Positions 9,558 through 18,917 of a stretch of 64,000 nt of DNA are shown here, piece after piece. The stretch spans positions 928,001 through 992,000 of the forward strand of contig CBDBGZ010000009.1 in assembly GCA_965205425.1 (NCBI GenBank). The letters are read 5' to 3'. Each line of letters starts with the position of its first letter. Within the stretch, counting starts at the first letter, position 1. The position numbers and the translations under genes were made by a program. The DNA comes from Nitrosopumilus sp. Its GTDB lineage: Archaea; Thermoproteota; Nitrososphaeria; Nitrososphaerales; Nitrosopumilaceae. The notes beneath the pieces were generated by a model. It was not told the DNA's origin, did no database searches, and saw only the letters and a list, made by a program, of their open reading frames with translations.

Positions 9558-10655
9558 ATGAGTAATTGGGACCTCATGATGCCAGGAATGGGACTTACAG
9601 CTATAGGATTAGCTGGTCTCGTATTGTCGTATGCAGGCATTGCACACACATTCATTGATGGAATGCATGCTTTAACTGGTCTTACCATGTTTGTAGGATT
9701 AATTTTCCTAGCAGCAGGTATCCTTGATGGGGGGGTTTCAACAAGTAATAGAGCCAAAGCTACGACTTTGGTAATTTTGTCCATATCTTTAGGATTTGGA
9801 ATGTATGCTATGGTATTAAACACATCAAACTTTACAGTTACAATAGCAGGAATTTTAATGGCAATCGCATTCCCTGCAATTACAATTTCATATCTATACA
9901 TGAAACACCCAGCAGTAGCAAAACCAATTGGAGCAATTGTATCAATGGCAGCAGCTACAGGTATTATTATGTGGGTATCATTTGGAATTTTCTCAGCTCC
10001 TGATACATACATGATTCCACAAGCAGTGATTGAAGAACCAACAGAAGATCTTACACCATCAGGACCAATATTTGCAATTGAAATCCTTGCAGAATCAACA
10101 ATAGAAGGAAACCCAGATTATGATCCAGATAGAGCTATAGTACCTCAAGGACACACTATTGAATGGACTAATGCAGATACGCTTCCACATACTGTAACAA
10201 GTTCAGCAGATGTTGGAGATACATTTGATTCGGGCATGATTGGCGCAGGTGAAGTTTACACTTTAGATACAAGTAATTTAGCAAGCGGTGAATACGAATA
10301 CTTTTGTTTAGTACATCCATGGATGGTTGCATCAATAGTTATTGAAGCACCCATAGCACCAACTGAAATTTCAATTCCGCAAGGAGCTGGAGTCCCAGGA
10401 TGTGAAGAAACTGATGAATGTTATCTACCATTTGAGACTAGTGTAAATGTTGGAACTACTGTTGTTTGGAGTAACGATGACACTGCAGCACATATTGTAA
10501 CAAGTGGACTTGTTGCAGAGGGAGGAGATGGAATGTTTGATTCTAGTCTGTTTGCTGCAGGTACTACGTTCGAATATACATTCAATGATGCAGGAACTTT
10601 TGATTATTTCTGCATGGTTCATCCTTGGATGATTGGAATTGTTAACGCAGAATAG
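9558..10655 (+). CDS. Membrane protein with two plastocyanin/cupredoxin domains
   Basis: About 5 TM helices followed by two H...YFCxVHPWM type-1 copper motifs. Confidence 0.9.
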   Translation: MSNWDLMMPGMGLTAIGLAGLVLSYAGIAHTFIDGMHALTGLTMFVGLIFLAAGILDGGVSTSNRAKATTLVILSISLGFGMYAMVLNTSNFTVTIAGILMAIAFPAITISYLYMKHPAVAKPIGAIVSMAAATGIIMWVSFGIFSAPDTYMIPQAVIEEPTEDLTPSGPIFAIEILAESTIEGNPDYDPDRAIVPQGHTIEWTNADTLPHTVTSSADVGDTFDSGMIGAGEVYTLDTSNLASGEYEYFCLVHPWMVASIVIEAPIAPTEISIPQGAGVPGCEETDECYLPFETSVNVGTTVVWSNDDTAAHIVTSGLVAEGGDGMFDSSLFAAGTTFEYTFNDAGTFDYFCMVHPWMIGIVNAE

Positions 10656-10657
10656 AT

Positions 10658-11050
10658 TTGCAGAAAATCATACTAACACAAGCAGATAAAAAAATTCTTT
10701 CAGAATATTCAGAAAATCAAAAACCTAATGAATCATGTGCATTGTTATTTGGTAAAGATGACAAAGTCTCAGATTTATTTTTAACAGAAAATATTGAAAA
10801 ATCTCCAGTAAATTTTACAATCTCAAATAAGCAATTAATTGAAGGATACAACATGGCTGAAGAGAAAAATATCGAAGTAATTGGTATTTTTCACTCACAC
10901 CCAGATTCAGAGGCATATCCATCAAATACAGATAAGAAATTTATGCAAAGTAATCCAGTAGCATGGATAATTTATTCAGGAATCAATAAAAATTTCAGAG
11001 CATACTATCTTGAATCAGATATAATAGAAATTCCAATTACAGAGGAATAA
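10658..11050 (+). CDS. JAMM/MPN+ (M67) metallopeptidase
   Basis: PNESC and HSHP...PSNTD motifs. Confidence 0.9.
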   Translation: MQKIILTQADKKILSEYSENQKPNESCALLFGKDDKVSDLFLTENIEKSPVNFTISNKQLIEGYNMAEEKNIEVIGIFHSHPDSEAYPSNTDKKFMQSNPVAWIIYSGINKNFRAYYLESDIIEIPITEE

Positions 11051-11055
11051 TTTAA

Positions 11056-12098
11056 GGTGATTATCAATTATTCACCACCAACACATAATCTAACAATAAT
11101 GAGAAAGTATCTTCCATCTCTGTTGTTGTATCTCCATTCCATTTCTTTGATGTACAACAAAAACTTTCCTGGACTAACACCATGATGCTTTGCCATGTTC
11201 TCTTTTGCAAAACTCCAAAACCCTTCGATTCCATTGATGTACACGTCACCTTTGCCAAACATCTTGCTGTGGTCTATTGAGAGATGTTTGTAGCCGTTGA
11301 AAATTAGAGAATCATATCCTTTCCACTTGTCCGTATATAGCGAGAAGCATATGTTCATGAACTATTTTCAAGGTGTTTCAGATTGTTTATTCGTATTTAC
11401 CTTAGGTAAAATCATCTAATCTCTAGTTTTTTGATGATTTTTAGTTCACGAACTTTATCTTTTCGCTATACACAATGCTTCCTTTCTTTACTTTCTTGAT
11501 TGTTCCTGCAAGCAATGTCTTTGCCTTGACATTGTTTACAATCTCAACGTGAACTTTTCCCTTTCTTTCCAGTATGCCAAATACGATGGTCTTGTTCTTG
11601 GCACCTCTGCCACGATTTCCCTTTCTTTTTCCTCCAAAATAGTCGCCTCGTCAGCCTCAATTTCCCCTTTTAATTTCTTGTCTGATTCTGCCAAGTGATA
11701 CAGTATTGAATATCTGATGCAATCAAAAGCATTTAGTGCAAGTTGGATAACTGACATCTGCTTCTCTAACTGCACATCTTGCACTAATCCCAATATCAAA
11801 TAATTTGACTAGGGCCAACCATTTTGTAAAATTAATGTTGATGATATCAAACCATGTTCCAGCAAACGGTCTATAATCTGTCTTGCAATCTTTGCATCTT
11901 AGTTTCCCTCTTGAAATAATATAGTAATTCTCAGAGTTACATGATGAACAATGAATTGTGTTTTTCTTTTTGAATTGGTTGCAGAGAAATTCCAATGCAG
12001 TTGATTTGTTGTGAATTATTTTAGATAACTCAATTATGTTGATTGTTTTTTCCAATAATTACTCAAAAATAGTTGGTGGTAATAGGTTTACAATCACC
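11056..12098 (-). mobile_element. IS1595-family element copy 1, interrupted by a MITE
   Basis: About 27-bp imperfect TIRs GGTGATT...ACCACCAAC; 8-bp TSD TAATTTAA (11048-11055, 12099-12106); Zn-ribbon plus DE/TD/NGIEGFW transposase fragments; length 910+133 bp. Confidence 0.95.
11338..11468. mobile_element. 131-bp MITE copy B nested in IS1595 copy 1
   Basis: Empty site CCGTATACACAA is visible in IS copy 2; here TA is duplicated around TAGCGA...TCGCTA. Confidence 0.92.
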
Positions 12099-12102
12099 TA
12101 AT

Positions 12103-12492
12103 TTAATTCTGTAAATGAAATGTAACTTGTTCACTATTGACATTATTTAGAATTGTTTTATCTGGAGAAACAATTTTTCCAATTACATTAACTGGAGATG
12201 CAGGTGTAATTTCGCCTGGATTCCCAATAGGGGTAGGACCATAAAACAAGCATATTGCTTTGCCAGTAGGCCAGTATGCAACATCATTTAATTCAACAGG
12301 AGATTTTGCATTTTCTTCAGGTTGAGAAATTGGGGATTTTGAAGTGTAAATTTCATCGCCCCACACATTTAGATCCACAGTAAAGGGTAATTTTTCAATA
12401 AAGTCATTAACAGTTTTTGGAGAATTTGAATCATCTAATTCTAAAAGTATGTTTGAAGAGTTTGGAATTTCAACAATTACAGAGTATTTCAT
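12103..12492 (-). CDS. Cyclophilin-like fold protein (DUF369-like)
   Basis: WGDEIY and DVAYWPTGKAICLFYGPTP motifs. Confidence 0.85.
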   Translation of the reverse strand: MKYSVIVEIPNSSNILLELDDSNSPKTVNDFIEKLPFTVDLNVWGDEIYTSKSPISQPEENAKSPVELNDVAYWPTGKAICLFYGPTPIGNPGEITPASPVNVIGKIVSPDKTILNNVNSEQVTFHLQN

Positions 12493-12540
12493 AATGTATC
12501 ATGATCTTTGAATTAAATATCCCTTTTTTTAATTACAATC

Positions 12541-12798
12541 ATGGAAATTCACGTATACGACACTTATGTCAAAGCAGCAGATGGTCACACCATGCACTTT
12601 GATGTAATTACTGGTGAAAAAGACCACGATAAAGCCCTCACATATGGCAAAGAGTGGTTGAAATCTGTCGGTGAAGGAGAAGCAGAGATGACAACAAACG
12701 AATGTCAATTCTGCCATTCACAAGGAGCACCAGAGCCTGTTGAACAGGCAATTAAGGAAAACGGCTACTTTATCCAAAAAATGGAAGGCTGTCCTTAA
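12541..12798 (+). CDS. DUF2024 family protein
   Basis: HVYDTYV..MHFDV...CQFCHS...MEGCP. Confidence 0.85.
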   Translation: MEIHVYDTYVKAADGHTMHFDVITGEKDHDKALTYGKEWLKSVGEGEAEMTTNECQFCHSQGAPEPVEQAIKENGYFIQKMEGCP

Positions 12799-12856
12799 AC
12801 ATTTTTTCCTTTTTCTTTAAGATCATATTTTTTAGATTAATCAATATAGAGTTAGC

Positions 12857-13039
12857 ATGTCTGAAAACAAATACTCAAAATGGACTGTAGAAGGAGACAA
12901 GAAAACAAAATGGATTTGTGGATGTTTCCAAACAGCTGATAACTATTTTAAATTCTGTGAAACACACAATCCAACGTTAAAAAAAGCAATTCAAGCTCAG
13001 ATTGATGAATTAGACATGACGTTAATTGTCGAGGATTAA
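12857..13039 (+). CDS. Small Cys/His-containing hypothetical protein
   Basis: WICGC...CETH; good codon usage. Confidence 0.65.
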   Translation: MSENKYSKWTVEGDKKTKWICGCFQTADNYFKFCETHNPTLKKAIQAQIDELDMTLIVED

Positions 13040-13147
13040 ATCATTAGAAATGATGACAAAAATAAATTGTTGATAAAAATTACACCGTATGAATTCTACG
13101 TCATACTTAAAAGATAAAACTCAAAAGTTTGAGAATGGGAAGGTTAG

Positions 13148-14014
13148 ATGAATTCTAAGATTCTCATTGGATCAAGCTTGGCATTCATTGCAATAGTGGG
13201 TACAATTACAATAATATTATTAGAAGTAAATGATGATTCGCTAACAATTGAATATATCAACGAATTAGAAAAACAACAGTCAGCATATCCTGTAAAAAAT
13301 ATTTTCACAAGTGATAATATATCATTCTTAGAAAATTGGTGTACAGACAATAAGGGATTCTGGGAAGAGAGTGGATCAAACAGAGAAGAATGTATGTTTG
13401 AAACAAGAACACAATATCACCTAGCATCTGCAATCTTAGATGATCTTCAACGACCAGAAATTATAGGTAAATCAACACAAGAAATTTGCAGATTTTTAGC
13501 TTTGAAATGCTTTTCCAATTCATCTTTTGACGGGCATTATCAACTTGATTCAGGGAAAACTTTTGTAGATTATGATTACAAGGGAATACCATACAGATTC
13601 AACGTTTCTGATGAGAATAATATCACATTCACCATGAATGATTCTCAAGAATCTTTCAATTTATCTGAAAATACTACTCTAGAGGATGAGTTTAAAATCA
13701 TGGTAAAAACAGGTTATGAATATTATCAATTAGGAGATAGAATAGCAATTAGTGGAATGGTAAGAGATAACCATCACATGTTATCACAAACAACATTTGA
13801 GCATCCAGTCACCATTCAAATAATCACAAATGGAGAATTAGTAGAAATTGCACAACTAAACATTAGAGAAGATGGGCAATTCCATTACATCGTAAACACT
13901 GGGGGCCACATTTGGACACAAGGAGAATATGAAATTAGAACGACTTATGATATCTACACTGCAACAACTACGTTTGACATGGATGAAGAATCACGGAACT
14001 TGCTAGAGAAATGA
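13148..14014 (+). CDS. Accessory membrane-anchored extracellular protein
   Basis: N-terminal TM segment; C-terminal Ig-like region (YQLGDRIAISG...GEYEIR). Confidence 0.75.
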   Translation: MNSKILIGSSLAFIAIVGTITIILLEVNDDSLTIEYINELEKQQSAYPVKNIFTSDNISFLENWCTDNKGFWEESGSNREECMFETRTQYHLASAILDDLQRPEIIGKSTQEICRFLALKCFSNSSFDGHYQLDSGKTFVDYDYKGIPYRFNVSDENNITFTMNDSQESFNLSENTTLEDEFKIMVKTGYEYYQLGDRIAISGMVRDNHHMLSQTTFEHPVTIQIITNGELVEIAQLNIREDGQFHYIVNTGGHIWTQGEYEIRTTYDIYTATTTFDMDEESRNLLEK

Positions 14015-14592
14015 AAAACAATACTAAATTCCAGTTTTTATTTTTAGGTTTATTCCTATTCTTGATTATTCCTATGACAACTCCAATATTTGCTGAAAAA
14101 ACTGTTTCAATTCAGAAAACAACAGATGTTGGCAAAATAGCATTAATTGACTCTCTTTCTCATTTAGAGAGGTATTCACAAATTTTGCCAGATTATATTC
14201 AATCTTCTAAAGTGACAGAAAATGGAATTGGAAAAATGGAAATAGGATTTAACTGGATCTCTATTGATACAGATATCAAATTCAGTGAAGTTGATGATAA
14301 TGTTATACTAGAAGTAATTTCAGGAGATTTTAAAGGAACAAAACTCAACATTGTGATGGTTGAAAAATCACCTAGTTCCAATACTCAAAATGAAACAATT
14401 ATTTCTGCTGAACTTTCTCTTCAAAGAAGCTGGTACATGGAACTATTAACATCATTTGTTTCAGATGATGATTTGAAATCAATGTTGCATACTAGTTTGA
14501 ATGGATTAGTAGAGTTTACAAAAAATCCCCCAACATATGAAAATACGATTAAAGAAAAAGAGCAATTTTGTATCTTTGGATTATGTTTTTAG
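14011..14592 (+). CDS. Secreted protein, possible SRPBCC/cyclase-like fold
   Basis: Signal peptide PIFA|EK; ATGA overlap with upstream gene; fold guessed from YSQILPDYIQSS and EVISGDFKGT. Confidence 0.6.
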   Translation: MKNNTKFQFLFLGLFLFLIIPMTTPIFAEKTVSIQKTTDVGKIALIDSLSHLERYSQILPDYIQSSKVTENGIGKMEIGFNWISIDTDIKFSEVDDNVILEVISGDFKGTKLNIVMVEKSPSSNTQNETIISAELSLQRSWYMELLTSFVSDDDLKSMLHTSLNGLVEFTKNPPTYENTIKEKEQFCIFGLCF

Positions 14593-14667
14593 AGATTTAA
14601 ACCAAAATAGTAATGCACCTAATGAGAATTAAAAATTAGGATCCTTTCCACTTTGTATTTTATCAAC

Positions 14668-15299
14668 AAGTCTAGTTTTCATATCTCGTTATATTGGAAA
14701 AGTTCCCATGATCTCAATTCTAGTATTGTTATTTACATCAATTCGTAGTACATCATTTATCAAATTAGGCTCAATCTCTTCACCATCAACAAGAATGAAT
14801 AATCCATGTAATTTTGTCTCAAATCTTTTTTCTAAAACAGGTAAAGGATCACACATTGTGACATAACCATGCGAAGTAAGTACAGGTTTTAGTATCAATG
14901 AATTAGTTTCATCAACTGTAAATTCTCCAATTGCAACAGTAGAGTAAATTGAAAATTTTTGAGCAATAGAATAATTTGATTTTCCGTCATTAGATCCAGA
15001 AACGATACTTCGTCTATCTACAAAATTGACATCATATGGAATCTCACATTGTTTTGATAGACTAGTTTCTTCTGACAGTATACTTACTATTGGAATTATA
15101 ACAAACATCTTCCAAGTACATTCAGCATTATCTATGTAAAGAAGACCATTAGACCATTGATAGCCTATGGCAAATTGCAATGTTCCATCTTGAGTCATTT
15201 CACAACTATCATAAACTTTGGATAAATTTGGCATAGCAAACGAAACAAGAACAAATGCAGTAATTATCGATGTTATGATTAAAAGTCTAGTTTTCATAT
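14668..15299 (-). repeat. 17-bp direct repeat ATATGAAAACTAGACTT bracketing one gene
   Basis: AAGTCTAGTTTTCATAT at 14668-14684 and 15283-15299. Confidence 0.8.
14689..15297 (-). CDS. Accessory exported protein with MKTRLLII leader
   Basis: Signal/TM segment at N-terminus; no recognisable domain. Confidence 0.75.
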   Translation of the reverse strand: MKTRLLIITSIITAFVLVSFAMPNLSKVYDSCEMTQDGTLQFAIGYQWSNGLLYIDNAECTWKMFVIIPIVSILSEETSLSKQCEIPYDVNFVDRRSIVSGSNDGKSNYSIAQKFSIYSTVAIGEFTVDETNSLILKPVLTSHGYVTMCDPLPVLEKRFETKLHGLFILVDGEEIEPNLINDVLRIDVNNNTRIEIMGTFPI

Positions 15300-15493
15300 T
15301 CCCCTCTTACAAATGCCAGAAACATCTTGTTTGCTTCTTGCATTGATTGTTCATCAGGTTCTTTAGGGTAAGAATGGGCATTAAGATGAGTTAGTATTTC
15401 AGCAAAAACTACACCTAGACAAAACGCTCGCGACAATTCAGGAACTTTATCAAACTGTAAAGTTTTGAGAATTGAAGTATTTCCCTTGAGCAT
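15287..15493 (-). CDS. Small hypothetical protein ending -YEN*, overlapping the next start
   Basis: Stop codon lies within ATGAAAACTAG. Confidence 0.6.
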   Translation of the reverse strand: MLKGNTSILKTLQFDKVPELSRAFCLGVVFAEILTHLNAHSYPKEPDEQSMQEANKMFLAFVRGEYEN

Positions 15494-15549
15494 ATGGTTT
15501 ACACTCTTGTAATCATTTAGAATTTGATTGATATCTCCATTTAATTTAA

Positions 15550-16459
15550 GGTGATTATCAATTATTCACCACCAACACATAATCTAACAATAATGAGAAA
15601 GTATCTTCCATCTCTGTTGTTGTATCTCCACTCCATTTCCTTGATATACAACAGAAACTTTCCTGGACTAACACCATGATGCTTTGCCATGTTCTCTTTT
15701 GCAAAACTCCAAAACCCTTCAATACCATTAATGTACACATCACCACTCCCAAACATTTTGCTGTGGTCTATTGAGAGATGTTTGTAGCCGTTGAAAACTA
15801 GCGAATCATATCCTCTCCACTTGTCCGTATACACAATACTTCCTTTCTTTACTTTCTTGATGGTGCTTGCAAGAAGAGTTTTAGCTTTGACATTGTTTAC
15901 AATCTCAACGTGAACTTTTCCCTTTCTTTCCAGTATGCCAAATACGATGGTCTTGTTCTTGGCACCTCTGCCACGATTTCCCTTTCTTTTTCCTCCAAAA
16001 TAGTCGCCTCGTCAGCCTCAATTTTCCCTTTTAGTTTCTTGTCTGATTCTGCCAGGTGATACAGTATTGAATATCTGATGCAATCAAAAGCATTTAGTGC
16101 AAGTTGGATAACTGACATCTGCTTCTCTAACTGCACGTCTTGCACTAATCCCAATATCAAATAGTTTGACTAGGGCCAACCATTTTGTAAAATTAATGTT
16201 GATGATATCAAACCATGTTCCAGCAAACGGTCTATAATCTGTCTTGCAATCTTTGCATCTTAGTTTCCCTCTTGAAATAATATAGTAATTCTCAGAGTTA
16301 CATGATGAACAATGAATTGTGTTTTTCTTTTTGAATTGGTTGCAGAGAAATTCCAATGCAGTTGATTTGTTGTGAATTATTTTAGATAACTCAATTATGT
16401 TGATTGTTTTTTCCAATAATTACTCAAAAATAGTTGGTGGTAATAGGTTTACAATCACC
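15550..16459 (-). mobile_element. IS1595-family element copy 2
   Basis: 910 bp with the same TIRs; flanks TAATTTAA and AAAAATAA do not match. Confidence 0.95.
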
Positions 16460-16511
16460 AAAAATAATTAGATAGATCATGTTTTATGGGTTATAATTTA
16501 TTTTAAAAATA

Positions 16512-16865
16512 ATGTCTTTTTCTGGAATTGAAAATGATCTTGTTTCTGAAATTCACTTAGAACCTATTCAGGCTAAAATCTATTTGTTGGTAACACACTA
16601 TGGAAAAATGTCATCAAAAACAATTGCAGAAAAACTAAAAATTTCAGTTGATGATGCTTTGAAAGCATCTAAAGATCTAATGACACTTGGTGCTTTTATT
16701 GATATTTCTACATCTGAATTTGAGGCTATGCATCCACGATTTACTGCTGTTAATATGTACAGAAAGATGTGTGAGCGAGAAAATATTGAATTTAAACGAA
16801 ACAAAATTGTTGATAATATCGGAGTAATTTTGGAAAAACCATATGATGATGCAAGAACTAAATAA
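16512..16865 (+). CDS. TrmB-like HTH protein
   Basis: QAKIYLLV...TIAEKLKIS pattern. Confidence 0.65.
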   Translation: MSFSGIENDLVSEIHLEPIQAKIYLLVTHYGKMSSKTIAEKLKISVDDALKASKDLMTLGAFIDISTSEFEAMHPRFTAVNMYRKMCERENIEFKRNKIVDNIGVILEKPYDDARTK

Positions 16866-16887
16866 TGCTAAATCTTGGTGAACAACA

Positions 16888-17286
16888 TTGAGCATTGATA
16901 CTGAAACTTGTAAACATCAACCTGTCTATTTTGGTGTGATAAATATCAACATTGATGAACGTACAATAGGTTCTGTTGATGTATGGCGATGTGGTGTTTG
17001 CAAGAAAAAATTCTGTGAAGAAAAACAACTTGGAATTGAAGAACTTGCAGATTTGGTAGGTATGCCAAAAATTGATCCTGATGCAAAATGGGGTGTTACT
17101 GTATGTAAGTTACAACAGGGTAAATACAAATGGAAATTAGTTAGACTAAAAGAAAATGGTGAAATTAAACATGAATGTATTGATGAAAAAGTAATTCCAC
17201 TAAAGATTAATGATTTCAAAGTTGAAGATGAACAACATTGGAGTTTTCTAGTTGATGATAATGTTAACAAAGCTGTAGAAATTTAA
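16888..17286 (+). CDS. Conserved hypothetical Cys-rich protein
   Basis: CKH...CGVC motifs; operon-like spacing. Confidence 0.7.
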   Translation: MSIDTETCKHQPVYFGVININIDERTIGSVDVWRCGVCKKKFCEEKQLGIEELADLVGMPKIDPDAKWGVTVCKLQQGKYKWKLVRLKENGEIKHECIDEKVIPLKINDFKVEDEQHWSFLVDDNVNKAVEI

Positions 17287-17293
17287 TCTCAAA

Positions 17294-17578
17294 ATGGATC
17301 TTAAAGTTCACATTAACAATATTCATGGAAGCCAAATGGCCGCAAAAATTACTGGTAATTTTACAATCGATGAAAATGAGTTTCGTTTTACAGCTATTGC
17401 TTTTGGTAGAATTGGTGGACAAAATATTGGTGCAAAACTCTCACAAACAACAGAGAAAGAATTAGACAAATTAGGATATAATGTTGATGAAGTAATAGAT
17501 TTACTACAACGTAATCTGTTACAAGGGGATTTGACTCTACCTGAAGGACTCAAAAAAGAGTCATTTATTGATGATTAA
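17294..17578 (+). CDS. Conserved hypothetical protein
   Basis: Codon usage and operon spacing. Confidence 0.7.
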   Translation: MDLKVHINNIHGSQMAAKITGNFTIDENEFRFTAIAFGRIGGQNIGAKLSQTTEKELDKLGYNVDEVIDLLQRNLLQGDLTLPEGLKKESFIDD

Positions 17579-18366
17579 AATTCTGCTTCTTCTAATGCTT
17601 TAGCACAAGAACAATTTCTTGTTTTGGGAATTTTATCAATTAACTCTGTAAGTATTTTTTTTGTTTTTTCAACATTTTTTGTTAATGTCTCAATAACCTC
17701 TTTAGCTGTAACTGGTTTATCTGCCCAAACATCATAATCTGTAACTGTTGAAATTGAGGCATAACACATCTGTGCCTCTCTAGCTAATTGACATTCTGGG
17801 ACAAGAGTCATTCCAATAATGTCTGCACCTGTTGTTCTATAGAATTTTGATTCAGCTTTAGTAGAAAATCGCGGTCCTTCTATGCAGACATATGTGCAAT
17901 CTTTATGCATATTCAAATCTTGATTATCTGTTACTTGAAGAATTGATGATTGTAATTCTGGGCAAAAAGGATCAGCTACTGAGATATGGATAACTCTGCC
18001 ATCTTCTGAAAATGAACCTTCTCTTGATTTTGTAAAGTCTATGAATTGTGTTGGTAATGCAAAGTGGCCTGGTGCCAATTCTTCCTTTAAACTTCCCACA
18101 GCCGATGGCGCAATAATCCTAGTAATTCCTAATTCTTTGAATGCCCAAATATTGGCTTTAAAATTAATTTTATGTGGCGGTATGGTGTGTTTTTTTCCGT
18201 GTCTGGGAAGAAATGCTATTTTTCGTCCATTAAAAATTCCTACAGTAATTGTATCTGAAGGTTTCCCATATGGCGTATCTATCTCAATTTCCTGTGCATC
18301 TTTTAGTAAACCTGAATCATAAATTCCGGTTCCTCCGAAAATTCCAATTTCAACATCTTTTTCCAT
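17575..18366 (-). CDS. mtnP: S-methyl-5'-thioadenosine phosphorylase
   Basis: GGTG, TPYG, RHG, EGPRFST.AES, GMT, VTDYD motifs. Confidence 0.95.
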   Translation of the reverse strand: MEKDVEIGIFGGTGIYDSGLLKDAQEIEIDTPYGKPSDTITVGIFNGRKIAFLPRHGKKHTIPPHKINFKANIWAFKELGITRIIAPSAVGSLKEELAPGHFALPTQFIDFTKSREGSFSEDGRVIHISVADPFCPELQSSILQVTDNQDLNMHKDCTYVCIEGPRFSTKAESKFYRTTGADIIGMTLVPECQLAREAQMCYASISTVTDYDVWADKPVTAKEVIETLTKNVEKTKKILTELIDKIPKTRNCSCAKALEEAEF

Positions 18367-18878
18367 TTAGTATCTCACCAGTGATTTACAATTGTATTTG
18401 TTAATTCCCTTCATTCCATTAAGATCTACTAATTCAATAATAAATGCAAATCCAACAATATTTCCACCTATTTTTCAATTAACTTTGCAGATGCTTTTGC
18501 AGTACCGCCAGTTGCAAGTAAATCGTCACAAATGAGAATTCTTTCACCTTCTTTGATAATGTCCTTTTGAACTTCTATCGTATCTTTTCCATATTCAATT
18601 GTATACGCTAATTTTGTAGTTTTTCCAGGTAATTTCCCTGCTTTTCTAATCATTACCATACCTTTGTTGTATCTTGAGGCTAAAATTGAGGCTAGAATGA
18701 ACCCTCTTGATTCAATTCCGGCAAAAACATCAATATCTTTTGGGTGAAAATACTTTGAAAATTCATCTGCAATATAGGATAATGCTGATGGATCTCTTAA
18801 AACTGGACTAAAGTCTCTAAATAAAATACCTTTTTTAGGAAAATTTGGGTAATCTGCAATTTTGTCTTTAAGATTCAC
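18367..18878 (-). pseudogene. apt: Adenine phosphoribosyltransferase with a 1-bp frameshift
   Basis: FPKKGILFRD, GIESRGF, DDLLATGGT; one A missing at 18471-18475, C-terminus continues in another frame to 18367. Confidence 0.85.
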
Positions 18879-18917
18879 ATTGACTTGTAAAAATAAGTGA
18901 AATAAAATTGTTTGAAC

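Noticed and set aside
9554..10012. Antisense ORFs overlapping long genes (also 14-250, 59548-59940, 62675-63061, 63513-63872)
   Set aside because: Reverse-frame shadows of well-supported genes
11341..11358. Distinct N-terminus MNICFSL of a transposase fragment
   Set aside because: Contributed by the inserted MITE end
13067..14669. 12-bp inverted repeat TTGTTGATAAAA as Tn7-like TGT...ACA ends
   Set aside because: Short and AT-rich, with no target duplication and no internal repeats; chance is plausible
11056..16459. Composite transposon of IS copies 1 and 2
   Set aside because: Outer flanks do not match, and copy 1 has its own TSD
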